This document shows, piece after piece, positions 26,701 to 41,450 of a stretch of 64,000 bases of DNA. Both the position numbers and the translations under genes were made by a program. Origin of the DNA: Fimbriosthenelais zetlandica (Eukaryota); assembly GCA_977030845.1 (NCBI GenBank), contig OZ365112.1:13826001-13890000 (forward strand), read 5' to 3'. Within the stretch, counting starts at the first letter, position 1. Each line of letters opens with the position of its first letter. Below the pieces are notes generated by a model. It was given only the letters and a program-made list of their open reading frames with translations, had not been told where the DNA came from and searched no databases.

Positions 26701-28344
26701 GGATAGAGTATAGTATACTCCAGGCTCGTGCCCTTGAGGCGCCCTAGAAGCCGTTTCATCTGTCTTCCTCCCTCTTCCCTCCTCATAGTTCATCCTTTTT
26801 TTGTCCCCTTCCGAGCTCAGATGAAAATTCTAAGGGTAATTTAACAAATTTTACCCGATTTAATCATGGAATCCAAAATTCCTGGTGGTAAATTGTTTGA
26901 CTTGTCTCAAGGGGTCAAATAAGGGAGAGGGGATGCAGGAAGACTATATGAATTGAAAATATCGTTTGTTATATATATTTTAAAGCGATGGGAGCCCACG
27001 GTTTGTTGGTTGGTTGGGCTGTATGAATGGGAGTCCGGGACGGTCCAGGGATAGCCAGGCCGGGGATCCCCTCAATACGGGCTCTCACTCCATCCTGTAA
27101 GCGAGAAAGCCATTGCCTCCACCAACACCCAGCACCCACAACAGCACTAAACAAAACTGGGCAAAATTAGAGAAATAAATCTTCAAAAAAGGGAAAGCAC
27201 CGAAGGGACATAATTTTTCTAACATGTCCGCCCTGTAACGAGGCTGGAGGTATGATGGATGGATGGTAGTTGGTAGTTTGGGAGTTACGAGTTATCTAGG
27301 GCAGATCATTTTTATGTAACACACGCCTATCTCTGTCGTTTGTGTAAACGATAGGTCTAAAATTAACAGGATGGGGGTTTCAACACCCACTCTCCGCTAA
27401 CGAGAAAGATCATATAGAACTCATGCTTAGGCAGTGGTTGTTTTCTTGTAATTTTACAATATTTAATTGGGAAATGAGAACCTTATGTCAAATTGTCACG
27501 GGGGTACATTTTTTATTCATCGAACTGGAAGTTTATGACCTAAACAATCGCGAAATAGTTTTACCAATAGGTGGAAAATGGGAGGAATGAAACGTTAAAT
27601 GTATCATCTCAATATCTGCCGTTTTTATTTGGGAATTTGGCTCATAGGTTGACATAATATATTATATGGGATTGCTAATTCACAGAACGAATCATCCACC
27701 TAATATTATATGGAAAGAAATTTAGATGCTAAAAAAGCTAACTAAATTATTTCTAACGCGTGGCAGTGGTGTCAATGGTCATTGGGAAAAAAAAGTCACA
27801 GTGAAAAATATTTTCATAGAAAAAAATGCTCTGGAACTGGGAGTTTTAATGGTTAGAAATTGTGAAGAATGTGAACAATATTTTAAAAATTATCTATCAA
27901 AAAATACAGTCCTAGTCCCCAGAAAAATTACATTTCAAGAACAGTCTTACATCCTAAGTATATTTTAGGTATTTTAGCATCAGCAGCTGTAGACTGAGTC
28001 TAGTTTTCCTGATGGACGTTTTTGCACTGAGAATATGGCAACCATTCAAGCCGCCTGTGCTAAACGTGGTTGAGAGTGAGAGGCAAAAAATATATAGATT
28101 TTTCGCAAACACCAGTGCTGCAGTCAATAGACTTATACAGGCTGTTCCATTACATCGATATTTGAAGATTTCTCCCCTCCCCTCTTACTCCTCCTGAGCT
28201 TATATTGTACCCAGCGAACCCGGACGTTTCAATGACAGAACACTCCAGGGGAAAAGGGCAATGCGCGCGCCCCTGTCTAACGATACTGAGAGAATCAGAG
28301 TAAATGGGAATAGGGAGATATAGAGAAAAACAGCCACACGAAGC

Positions 28345-28374
28345 CAAGATGGCGACGGTAGAGAGAGAGAGAGA
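28345..28374 (+). promoter_or_regulatory. YY1 site followed by (GA)7, inside a CpG-enriched patch (about 28200-28860)
   Basis: CAAGATGGCG at 28345-28354 and gagagagagagaga at 28361-28374. Confidence 0.3.
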
Positions 28375-31300
28375 CAAAGCCATGTTGGCTTTAGTCACTC
28401 CAGGGCCCTTTAGCGCGCTTACAGTTTAGCGCTAAAATAACAGCGCACAAGATCGAGATCGTCAGTCTGCACTTATTTTCCCTGGGCGCTGTAAATGTCC
28501 TGAAAGGTGTCCGCCGAGGTATACTATTATAGACGGCCTTATACAATATTCATCCCTTAATAGGCGTTAATCCGTTTCTCCTCCGCATTAAGTGTCGGAG
28601 CGAGTGAAAGGGCGAAGCTAAGCGGGAGAGGGACCGGCGCCATAGACCGTACTGATGGTGGGATGTTTCCAACATGGCCGCGCCTTACCAAACCATGGTG
28701 CAGGTCAGATACTACTATTTATGATGGCCACCTTTTGTCACATGCTAGCTTCGTTATATCCCCTAATGATCCGTTATGATTAACAATGTCAGGTGGAAGC
28801 ACGTGTGTTTCCTCGTTGGCAAGTCAATGTCCGGCATTACCGTCGGACGGCCTGCTCTATACATTGTATTATTAGAGAGGACTATTTGTTTCTTTTTCTT
28901 AATATTTTATAAAGGCCAGTAACAGGCATGGACTTTCGTAAATCACAATATTTTGAGGGAAGCGCTGATAACTTATATTAAAACTACACAGGCGCCAACG
29001 CCAGCAATATTTCTCTATTAAATGACTCACAAATGGTGCTTGCAGATATATACATACATGTATATTTTTCTAGAAAATAGTTATAATACTCTGGCCGTAT
29101 ACCAAAGTTGTTCTACGCCCAATACTATTTTATCAGAAGTACTGTAAATTGAATGGAATTTAGCAGCGTGAATATCCGTGCTCAATTTGAATGGCGAAAG
29201 GGAGATAAACATTCAAGTTTATAATGTTATTTCAATTTTACAATCGCAATAAATATAACCTAAATCAAACATGTGCAAACACTCTTATGTCTATATAGCG
29301 CTGTTGATTTGTTCCTATATATACATGTACGTATTATTGAAAGATAAAGAACTGTTATTGAGAGACAAAATATATATCACTGGATTTGTCAACCCGTTGC
29401 CAGCGGCCTAATTTACTGGGACACATACTATGAAACTGTCAGTAATTTAAGCACTGAATAAATTGCAATCAATGATTTTATCAGAGCAAATCTCCATTAT
29501 GCATGCAAAATAATTTTTCACCCACCAAAATTACTTTTTATCATGCATTCCAATGCCAGCACAAATTAGGTCTCGGGCATATATGCATCCACATCATCGC
29601 CAGTAAGAAATTAATTTTACCAATCACCAAAACCCAGTGGACCAAGGGGGAAAACCCGAGAGAATGACATGCTTTTTTTTGTTATGAGAAAAGCCTCCAG
29701 GGAGGCTATGGATGAGGACAATAAAGTATCAGGATACATATTCAATCGTTTATTGTGTTCCTATGGTCCTGATTAATCCGGGTGTAACAGTATTGCTGCC
29801 TACCATGCCCTGTCAAACCTTGGTTAAAATATCCCACCGTTTTATTTTTTCTTTGGCGCCATGGATATGAATGAAGCCAGTAAAATCTAACAATATCACT
29901 GACATGTACATTGGTGTAATGGATTGGCAATACTGCGGAGATAATTGCTTTTTGATTTGATATTGTCTGATCGATTATACCACCCACTGATGTTAGAGAG
30001 GTCAAGGTTTGAATGGCCCAGCATCATGTCTTCCTTTATGAATGTAATTAACAGAAAATCATGTTTGAAATGAACACCATTCTCAGGGTTTTTTGTCCAT
30101 ACTTTGGTGTTGGATTCAATAGGTATTAACGGAAAAACCTTTACATGGGCCAATTTTTGTTTGGAAAAAATGAGTGATAAAAGGATTTAATGGGAAAAAA
30201 GGCTAAACATGACTGAAGCAATGCGTTTGGTCGTGATTTGACTTTCTAATAAGGTTTTGGGTTGATAAAGTTGTTTCGGGTGATCAGTTCGATATGTAAA
30301 AGTTAACTGACTGGACTCACGCTAGGGACAAGTTGACAAATTAAGATGATAAATATTCAGAGGTGACTGAGGAAGAATGCAGTGGTGCGTGGACAATTGT
30401 CCAAAAAAGCCAATGATTGGTCACCAAGTTGGAGAGGGAATGAAAGGGGTGTACACGTGGGTGTGGTGGTGAAAGAAATGGGGTTGGGCTGAATTTAAAC
30501 AAAAAATGTCTGCATGAGCGTATATCTCTTAACAGGAGGAAGGGTGGGTGACATCCAGAAAGGGTTTTAGGCTTGAGAGAGTGAGAGAGAGGGTTGGTTT
30601 GTTTGTGGAAGTGGTTTGGGAGAAGAAGGCCCGGACAGCAGACATTGATGAAACTTGGTCTTAGCCAGAGAAGACACTAATGCTTTCTCCAGGGCATCGA
30701 GTGGAGGAGGTGAACAGGGCGCTGAGGGAGTTACTCCAGGGGAAAGGTCGGCACTAAGGAGGGCCCACTTATTCCTGTGGTGAGTAAACAACATTGAATC
30801 CTCCCAGCTCCAAGGCCGTACTCGGCATATATCATGGTTTGATCCGTCTCACATATTTTATCTTGTCTTTATCTGGTTTTTAGCTTGTTTATTTCTGCCG
30901 CCATGCGGCAAAGTACATATGAGTCAAGTACATTAGATGAAGTTTCTAAGTTACTATTGTGGATCTATTTATCTTAAATGTTATCATTTCGTTCAGATAC
31001 ATTTATATTAGAAGCGGTAAGAACAATTGTCTTCTTTTTTCCCCTTTTTTCGCTTTACAAGATCGATGAAGATAGACATTCAAATATAATGTATTGATTG
31101 GAATATCAAGCATCACTACCCTAAATTCCCAAGTATTTAAAGTGAAATTATCGTGGACCCGATATTGTCGCACAAATTTAATAATTTCATTGTTCCGTTG
31201 TTTTGAATTATTTTCGAATTTCAATAAGTTTCTAAAAACATTAATTGTTTTGCTGCGTCACATAAGGACGCTGGTTTAACATCGCTAAGTTACATGATTC

Positions 31301-34055
31301 GATTTCTTTTTCCATTTTTACTCCTCGTTGTTTTAACAAATTTTCAAAGTTCGTTTCTAATAATATCCCACGATTCTGACAAATTCAATACAATTATTCT
31401 AAGACCAATTCATTGACGCCTGAGGTATTTTGGTAAAATGTTAACGCCTCCTTAAAATTATTCGTCCATAATGATTTAGGTTTCGTTTCAGATGAGCATT
31501 TATCTTTTTTTGAATTCGATCTGAAGATGGGAACGAACGATGGAGTTCAACGAAAATGTCCTACAATTACAAAGCTTAGCAGGCCCGCCCCAACCCCAGT
31601 AGCATATTATTTGAGATATGCTCAGATATTCAGAATTAACAAAATGTTCAATTAACACAAATATTCCAAAACATAATTCGTAAATTTATATGTCTTGAAT
31701 ATTCATTTGATTCAGGCTGGATAACCTTTACTTTTATGAACCAGTTTTTAAAAAATCTAAAGATAACGGCCCAGGGTTTTTGTTGTTTCCTTTCCGATCC
31801 CCCCACTCTGTGATAAGAATATTTACACCTATTAACACCCTGTAGGCTAGTAAATGTTGGTCCTATACACCTACACTACAGTTGTTTGTGGAGTTGGAGT
31901 TGCTCCAATAACAAACAGAGAGCCCCCTCCACTATCCTCTCTTCCCCGTCCCATGAAATGCAACAAGGACCATATATATGCCAGGAGTAGAGGCCCAGCA
32001 TTAGTAAGCAAACAATCGCTCCCCCGTCCCGATTACAACCTTGCAATTGTCTTTTTATTGCAGGGTTGGCTGTTGCTTTTGACTTGTGGCAACTCACTTG
32101 ATAACCTTCCTATTCAGCGCCACAATCATAGTGTCGCGCGGCACCTGAAGGTGGCAGCACCGTCTGTGGCCTCATTTTTTGCTGTATTCATACGCCTACA
32201 GAGCCAGAACCGCAGCGGAAAAAAGAAAACAAAAAAATACTCCGCGAGACCTTGAAGTTCAAAGAGCAGAGGTCAAATGGCAAAGGGCAAAGTTAGAAGT
32301 TAGGGTGACAGTCACTCAGGCTTATCGTGGTTCAGGTGCCTGAGGTAGCCGTGTCAAAGGTAATTTCATGGATGTGAATGTATTAAGATGGAATAAGTAT
32401 GTATGGATGACTGAATCAATGCCTTTTGGTTATGCTTGGGCTCAAGGTAGACGACGCTTGACTAATTTACCTCCTGCGTGGTTACTAGTAAGTCATTTCG
32501 TAGCCTACATGCATGAATTGAAGTTAAAACATGACATTTGTGTGCGTTCAACAGGGGATATGCTAAACCATGTGTATCAGGCTGGTTGTACAATGCACGA
32601 AAGTATGCAAATTCACATTATTAAAGCACACAGGAAAGTGATTCGACCATTATTGTACTTCAGCTGACTATAATTATGTCATTATGATTCTTATTAATAT
32701 TCATGGGGCTCACCTCCATTACTAATTGTTCTACAACATATGAATAGAACGTAACAGTAGCTCGTAACCTTTAACAAGTTATATCAAAGTATCATTTGTC
32801 ATTAAAAGAGATTCGATTCTATAAAATATCTTACCGCCTGAAAGTCCGATTTTATACAAATCATAAACAAGGGTAACGTGCATGCTGGCGTGAGCACAGC
32901 TGTGTATACCACAATGACGAATACATCAGAAATTGCGCACAATAAAATAATTACAACAAAGTACTTACATGTATACCAAATCAAAAATATTCAACAAATT
33001 GCATTCAAAATAATTCACAAATTAACTCGTAGTATTTTGAAGATAACTTCGTATATGTGAAATTATATTTGCTTGGGCCGTTCTGTTTAATAGGAATTTG
33101 TTATGGGGAATCCATGTGTAAAATATAGTAGGGGTTGAGGAGGCCAGATGAAAGTAATGAAAGAAAGGGCTTTCTTTTGTTCTCTGAACGAAACCTCTGA
33201 GAAACCCCTTTTATATAACCTGACAACCCTATCAGCCTTGATCTTTTTCAAATAAGACTTCTTTGTGCCTGAATTTGGGTTGAAAAATGACCCTTGGCGT
33301 ATTGATAGGACATAGGAAACCAAGCAGTATGGGGTCTATCAGAGAAAAATGTCAAAACACCAATACGAGTATGTGGGTTTAACCACGAGGAAAAATTCAT
33401 TGAATGGGTTCTTTTCTTTGTTATTTTCCAAATAACATATGTTGACATGTATTGTCTGTGGACAATCTTGCACGCAACCAAGCCCCATAAATATTAACCC
33501 CGGTGTGGGGTAGTATCACCCTGGTGTGAGTCATGTCTCTTTAGTTGTGTGAAAAGTAACAGAACATTTGTGTCAATCCTCCAATAAAAGAAATTATTCC
33601 ATCGCATTTCTGTTTTAGTGTGGTCCCTCGTGGCTCATGGAATTCACACTCTGGTGACAATTTTTCGATGGGTCTTGACAGTTGGGAATTGGAGCCCCTT
33701 TTCTGGTGTCATCGCATTGGATGCAAAGGCAAGGGGCATTTTAAAAGTACATTGTATAAGCAAGTTCTTGAGGGACCACACAGAAGAAGGAAAAGTATTC
33801 CCACTCAGTGAAAGCAACAAAGGTCCTGAAGAATATGATAATAACTTATCTTCTTTATGAGTTATGATGGAGATATATTAAGGAAAAGTGACTTTTCTAT
33901 GCAAGTTGAATGACATAGAAGAAAGGGGAGAAAAGTTTGTGAAGAAAAGATGATTATGATTATGTGACCACCCTTGTGAATTGATATGAAAGTACTTCAA
34001 TTAGCCCCCAAGTTCGAGCCCGTCCATCCTAATCTAACCTACCAGAGACACTTAC

Positions 34056-34139
34056 CTTGGACCCAGAGGAACGAATGGCAGGCAAAATAGATCATGGAAG
34101 AAAAAGAGTTCTTTCCAATACTTTCTTCATTATGAGTGT
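34056..34139 (-). CDS. Candidate 84-nt symmetric phase-1 internal exon, (D)THNEESIGKNSFSSMIYFACHSFLWVQ(G)
   Basis: On the minus strand: acceptor ccttacccctatccctag|, consensus donor CAAG|GTAAGT, and 28 open codons. No partner exons or homology identified. Confidence 0.25.
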
Positions 34140-35925
34140 CTAGGGATAGGGGTAAGGATGGGGCAGGGGCAAGGATAGAAAGAGTGGGGACAGCTTGGTT
34201 GTGACAGGCGGTCCATTTGGAGGACAAGGCGGGGCCTAGAGGCTTGAATGAAACCCCCCACACTAAGCCTGCACTAAAACCTCCTCCCTGGCATTTTAAA
34301 CGCCCCATAAGCCAGCCTTAACTTGCCCACCGTGGCCTATACATCCTTCGCTAATTTTGCTGCCTGTCAAAAACGTATCTGTATTGAAGATAGGAGGGGA
34401 CATCCGCTTGGGAGTTGTCTTCATATCGTTCTCTCCTCCTGAGGAGAGTGGTTTCAGGTTTGTGCCAAGGCCATTAATAATGCTGTCTTTGCATCCCAAC
34501 TTGAATGAGATTTTATATAAGGCCTTGGTTAGTGAGAACATAGGTTTCCCCTCCCCTGATTTCCAATGTATGTCTGGTAATGGGCATCTCCTATTGTCCC
34601 TTCAAAACCATGCATAACAATGCTGCATGGACCCATTTCATAATAAAAATCTATGAAATGATTATGAAACTTGTCCTGCATGCCTCCAACACTGTCCTCA
34701 CCGCATCTCCCCCATCCCCCAAGGGGAATACATGCATTACATATATATGCATTTCATATCGTATAACATTATATGGAGTTTTAGTGGCTTATCAAGTTTC
34801 CTAGCGATTAATGGGATGGCGCGAGGGCTCAAATGGGGATCTACACTTATGGGCCACATCAAAAGGTGACATTGTCCAGTTGGTCATTTTAGTTTATCTA
34901 TGAGAGAGATGTTTTCACATTGCCTTTGACAGGCATATTGGTATTCATCTCATTGCTTTTTGCATAATAAAAGGCATTCGATATATCTAAAATGCTGGTC
35001 CGGTGCTATTGTGAACAAATTCATTACTTACTATGAATATTCATATAGGAAATAACTATGGAAGTGACTTTAATATCAAGTGCACTTTCTGGCTTATTCT
35101 CACAATTTTATCCAACTAAAGTAACGCAATATCTGAGCACAAACTTCAAATGAGAAAACTTATAATATAAAAGAGGAAAGTGAATAATATACAGACGATA
35201 GTGTGGCTACATTCACATCAAAATTTAATGTAAATAGTATTGTGGAATGAAAATAGTGTGACGTATCTAATATAAGAAATGCCAACAAATAAATACATGA
35301 AAAGTAAATGATGCAAAATGGGGCATATTTTGTTTAATACCTGGGTTTAATACCAATCAAAGGACAGCCCGGCATATCCTTAGAAGTCTCTGTGACATTT
35401 TTTACTTAAATATTAGACTCTTATTAGGAGGAAAAATCGAGATCAAACGATCATGATGAGCCACGAGTGCTTGACATCTGACACTGCGGGCAACGAGTTG
35501 AAAGGGGCTTAAAAGATGCACCAGGGCCTGCCATGGAGACCCCCAATAAATATCATATTACTCCTTTGGTTTTCTTCATAAGAAGGGGGGAAGCATGGTC
35601 AGGAATGACCCCACCCTTTGCCTGGGTGCATCTCTCAGTAGTGGCTGCCAAATCGTAGTGAGTTGACCCCCTCCTCCACAACACTTGGTGCTGCCAGGAA
35701 AATCCATACTCAAACATATCAGGGATCTATATCTGGATTTTTGTTCAATCCCAGCTCCCAAAAGACCCATTTTCGTTGGCAAGACTATCCAAAAAGGCAC
35801 TTAGGACACATTGAGAATCAACAGGTTGCAAAAAATTGCACCAAAATGGCACAGATTACTGGAGAAGGGAGCAAAGAGAGGTGTAATATAGAGGTGGGAT
35901 ATCCCTTGTGAAATGGGAGTCGATG

Positions 35926-35947
35926 ATTGGTTGGGATGAATCACGTG
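35926..35947 (-). promoter_or_regulatory. E-box plus CCAAT module (11-nt spacer)
   Basis: ATTGG at 35926-35930 and CACGTG at 35942-35947. On the minus strand this reads CACGTG-N11-CCAAT, the same geometry as 4094-4115. Confidence 0.3.
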
Positions 35948-38900
35948 GCCATTTTACCGATGACGCTTGGTCTATGCACACATTCTGGCCTAGTTTCTCT
36001 CGTCACGATATGAAAAAAATACCGTAAACACAAGCATCATAGACCCACATATGAATTAATGAGAGAGGAAATCATCCCATCCACCGACAAAGCGAAGAAA
36101 ACTGACAAAATCGGGAGGAAAATGAGGGTATAACGGTAAGTACAAAACGGTTTAGATCCATTCTCTTTCAGCACTGCTTTGCCAAGCATAGCCAAATGAC
36201 CTTTACAACATTCTGCCCTGTATTGTTTACTCACATTCCGTCTCTATTGCAATAGAGAAATAGGCCCTTACTTTGTCTATTTTGAGCGTGTCATTTTTCG
36301 ATAGGATTGTGTGTAGTTTCGTTGTTGTTAGAGGTGCGTATATATAGCTATTATATGCAGCGTGGGTAGGGAGAGCGGTCGGAGGTAGGGAGGGAGGTGG
36401 TTGTGAATATGTAGGGTTATATTTTAACTGGTGGTTGCTTGCTCTATGGTGGTTGGCTAGAGTTTCTTCATCGTCCTCCATTGCAGTTAAAGTTCATTAA
36501 GTGCGACAATGAGCATGCCCTCAGCACGCAGTTGATGTCCGTTCATGAGCGCAAATCCGACGGGAAAACCCCAATTTTGTATCTTCTAAAAGTAGTGAAA
36601 ATACTTTCATATAATAAGAGATTCCACTTTTTTCTGTTCCAAAATATATTTTGGGGGGACAAAGCCAAGATTGTTGTGATTTACGGTTGTGTTTTTTACT
36701 GGGGTAAAGTAAATGAATGATATGTATTTTGGGGGATTTCTTGCAACATACAGAATAGATTTCTTTCTGGATTTCCCAATTTGTCACTCGATTGTACCAA
36801 CGAGTATAGTTGAACATTGATTGTACTGATTACTTTTGGGACTAAAAGGTATTGATATTTCAAGTTCATAGAACCCAAAGTGTTGCCAACTTGTAAAATC
36901 CAAAAAGGAAAAAGAGTTGCGCACGTGCGAAATTCCCACGCATGATATCGCTGGATCATGACAGGATGAATTTGAGAAGGGCATCGGGGAGGGGCAAATA
37001 ATTCTTTGAGAAGAAAGTATGAAAATATCCTCCCTGTCCCTAATTTATGCCGAAAAGGCGTGTCCTTTAGAGCTTCTTATTGATTAATGTATGAAGCGGG
37101 AAACATTTCATTGATGGGGATGTATTTCTCCGCCAGCGTGGGTGAGTGAGTGGGGGTGTGGGTGGGTGGGTAGACCCTCCAGGTTGTGTGGCCCTCACTA
37201 CATCGATCCACTCCAGGGCTGAACCCTTATCATGAATCCAATATGGCGCAAGGCAAGCACCCCCTCCTTAATGACCTCCCATGGCGACCTTTATATTCAA
37301 CCCTCAACTAATATATAGTAGAGACATGGGCAAAGATAATACTGATACATAGAAAAACAATTCATATAGAGTACGTGTATCAGTTTTTTACCCGGTGTTT
37401 TTATCCAGAATGTTCCAAAAGATTTGTATTCAAAAAAATCTGAACAAGGGCCCATTTCAAAACCCATAGACTTAGCATTGTTAATATTCCTTTTGAATGA
37501 GGTCCCTGAATGACCATTTGAATGTACGGGAAATGGGAGAAATATTTGCCAAACTCACCTGGAACTATATGCGCAAAAATTGATTTACTGATTCTGTGAG
37601 ATATTGTGCCATCTCTGAAGGTGAAAATAACTACTCGATGCGATCCTTGCGTGATTTGAGACACACCTAAAATTCATCCTTTGATCGCTTACGACTTAGA
37701 TTTTTAAATATCACTACATACAATGTTGTGCTATATGACCTGGGTGTGGTTGGAGGTATTTTATATCAATTAATGTAATATTACATGACAAGGATCGATT
37801 TTTGGAAGTATTTATGTCATTTTACACGGAAAGGGCATCAAACCCTTAGTGTAAATCGAGGTTCCCAAATTGTGCCTGCAAAAAATATCAAATCTCGAAT
37901 TTAAAGAATTTGTCTGGAGCAATTTAGTTTTGAGGTAATGATGTGATATCACGATAGCCTGGACTCGTCTTTTTGATGTTAAAATAAAAGTACAAGAGTG
38001 ACATCTGAGAGGTGAGGTTTCCTCTTTTCTGGGCGTCATTATAAAGACATCACAAGCCTAAATTATCTCCACCCAACACCTTACGTCTTCCCCCACCATC
38101 TCCACCCCGGCACGTTAGTTCAAGTGAGCACTCGGGGAATGAGGCCGTTTGCGAGGAACAAGTAAGAAGAAGTTGCTCCTGCCTTTAATTATTCACTAAA
38201 TGTAGCTCGTTCCTTCAAGTTTGCACCCTTGACATTTGGCGGAACGTCTTGTCCCCAATATGCCAACTGATTCAGCGTCGCCGCGTGATTGAGTTACGCG
38301 TCACCTGAGCGACAGTTTGGATTTTTATAGCGTCCACTCCGGCCAACTTAGCTCATTCAAGTTGAGAGGGGACAAGTGAAAAAGAGTTTACTTTTACAGG
38401 GCTACTTTTCCGGCCTTGTTTTGGTGGTCTTGGAAAGAGAGAAAACAGGAAATTAGCGAAAAGAAAGCTTCACTCAGGGGAGGGGGAAACAAATGGAGAG
38501 GAAAGTAAGGAAAGATGGAAGAAAAGGCAGGTGGGTGGGAAAGGAGGGAGGATGGAATTAAAGATATAACGAATGTTGGATTTAATCTAAAATTGTACGA
38601 AATAAAAATAATTTTAACAATGGATATAATAAATGGAGTGGCGCAGGAGACGCATTCACAAGTCTAGGATTGATGCATGGCTGGCTTCTTTGATAAAGTA
38701 CAACGACAAAAATATAAAGGGCGTGAAAAATATAGATAAATTACCCTTTAATTCAGTATGACTATATTACATGTGTCTGTTGCTCTATTATGTCTCCTCG
38801 TTGGCGAGGTTTCTGCCTGGTTTGAGATAAATTAATTTTATCACATGCATCAGAGATTTTAGGTATTATCCCAGTGGGACTCCATGGGGAAGGATAATTC

Positions 38901-40506
38901 ACGTTAAAGATGGCCAGAATATCTAACTGAAACCACAATAACATTTCAGTAATATTAAAAGTTTTTGACTATTCTATCTTAATTTGCCAATCTACTTGTC
39001 AATATTCGGCCACAGTACAATTCGTTCCCATACAAAGACCCAATGTGAAATTTTAACCAATTCTCATTCGCGGCACCTGTTTAAAAAGCCATTCCGCTCT
39101 CGCCCACAGTTTTGTTTTTCCATCTTTTCCCATCCAAAACTTTCTCTTTAGTCTTCGCCGGCACTGACTGGAATTCAAATGTAAAAAAAAGATATAACGA
39201 GTAGTTCAATGCTGTAAATATCAATGGTGAAATATTGGAAGGCTTTGACGAGGACAGGGGCTTGAATTGCGGGGCGAGGAAGCTTAATGGTGGGAGTGTG
39301 AATGGGAGGCCAGTATTGGGTGTCATTAAGACTTGCTGCACGGCCTAATCCTATACAAAAGAATGCCACCTCCTCCTGCCTGCTCCACGTCTGATATAGT
39401 GTGTCGGTACTGACGTGGAGACACCCTGGAGTTTCTAGAAGGTTCTATATAACCAGCTCATGCCCCGAGGTCTCCCAACCCCCATTACCCCCAACCCTGC
39501 CTACCAAAGGCCCTCAGGCCCTTTTCCCGGGGCAGGAGGAGCCCTCAGGCCTGCGTCTCCGGACTTAGTTCAAATTAAAGCCGCCACCGGAAATTCCTAC
39601 GGTGTGGGCAGTCCATCCAAGCCAGTTCCTCCACGGTGGCCTTCCGGAGAGAAGCAAGCCCCGGTGGAAGGCCCGGATACCACTAACAAGACCCCCAAAT
39701 AATAAATGGTCGTATAAAAACTGGCCCCCGTCACCTCGCCTCGCCCTTTCTACAAGCTTGATACATGGGTATGTAAGTCCATTCTGATCGGGATGATAAA
39801 GCCCTTCCTCGCAGGACCTGCTGATTGGGCGCGGGCCAAGCTACAGTCTCCTACCTTATCCATTACTCCACAAATCTACACCCCACATCAATATAGCATG
39901 GGGGTCAAGGAAAAGGAAGTCCAACTTTGGTCTGTGTTAATTATAACGGGCTTGGTTTAGTATTAAGGGACTAGTGTAGACTTGCTATTGGAGGAAGTGG
40001 CCTGTCTGTGAACGAAATCATGGATCAGAGGGGTTGGGTGGGGAAAAGTTCGTGGCAGCCTGATGCAAAGTCCACTCTCCTCGCAACTTATTTTTCCTCC
40101 ATGCTATTCCCTTCCTATGTGAAAGGCAATTTTACTACAGGGGGCTTTGCTTCCTTTGAATATATATAGCGGTTGGGTTGACTGCATAGAGCTTGGGAGG
40201 TCTGACCTCATAGTCCTCTATTACAAAAAATATTCTTTATGGCCCGAAGTAAGATTAGCTCGATTTTAAACAAAATTCGGCTACATGTTCCAAATATTGC
40301 CAAATATATTAAATATATTCGGGGCGTTATGTGTATTATATACACTGTACTGGCTTTAGCTTTTTGCATCTTTTTCGTTCACTTTCGATTGCTTTCCTTC
40401 TCAAAATGAAATCTCCGCTTCGTTCAGAATAGTCCACAGTCTCTTTGACTGATCCCACTGACCAGTTTTTGTATGACAGATTCCTCTTGCCCTCTGCCTT
40501 CGACTG

Positions 40507-40524
40507 GTAACTATGGCAACGTCA
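40507..40524 (+). promoter_or_regulatory. RFX X-box overlapping a CRE half-site
   Basis: GTAACTATGGCAAC at 40507-40520 and ACGTCA at 40519-40524. Confidence 0.4.
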
Positions 40525-41450
40525 CTTATCATCAAGTTCCTATCTGGGAAGGGGCGGCTCAATGGGGAAAGGGGTCGAGAGGGGAATTTCTGACTGATCA
40601 GAGATCCCAAAATAACCGCCGAATCGCGGCCTCATGTGGACGACTATTGGAACAATGTTTCTATAAAATATTTCATGGCATTGCTATCAGGTCATTCAAT
40701 CGTGGTCGCACTATAATGGCTATACTCGATATATTCAAATAATTAAACATTTTTCCAAACATATCAAATAAATTAGTTTTAGATATATATTATGTGTACA
40801 TAGTAATATATACCTGCTTAGAAGAATGTGTCCAGTACCTACACATAAGAAGCGCTACAAAATAATAGCACTATGTCAGCAGATGGTGTGCGAAATTAGT
40901 ATAGGTTAGTTGCCTTATTGTTACCAAATGCTGCCATATTCTGGTTACCATAGCCGACACACCCATACCAGCATATGATCTTAATTGATTATTGAAAGGA
41001 AAATTTATATTACTCTCTCCGTTTGTCACTTTCTATTATCAAAGGATTCGTTCCACGTACATGTACATTTATACTTCTAAAATCTATTACATAGCAAACT
41101 CATATAAAATTATGCCTAGTTACTACGTGTGTCAAAGGATGCGACAAAAAATACCGATAAATTCGATCAAGGTGCCTTTTGAACGAGGCGCGATATATAT
41201 TAATTTCCTCTTCGGATCTTTTCTTAAAAATATTCAATCTTAGGAAGAGAGAGGATGAAGAATTATAGAAAGATGGCGCTGGTATTTGATTGGGTCCCTG
41301 CTCGCGACCGAAAAAAAGAAAAAGCGCCTAGTGGCAAAAGGTCAAACAATAAAGCGGCATTAGTATCGAACGGGCGACACTTGCTATAAAATCTCCTACG
41401 TGCTAACTGCGCCGGGCAAGCTTTCACACTATCTTCTCTTAGCTGTAATT

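Noticed and set aside
32144-32160. Second CTCF-like site cctgaaggtggcagcac
   Set aside because: It has two mismatches in the 5' core, which is within chance for a single degenerate match.
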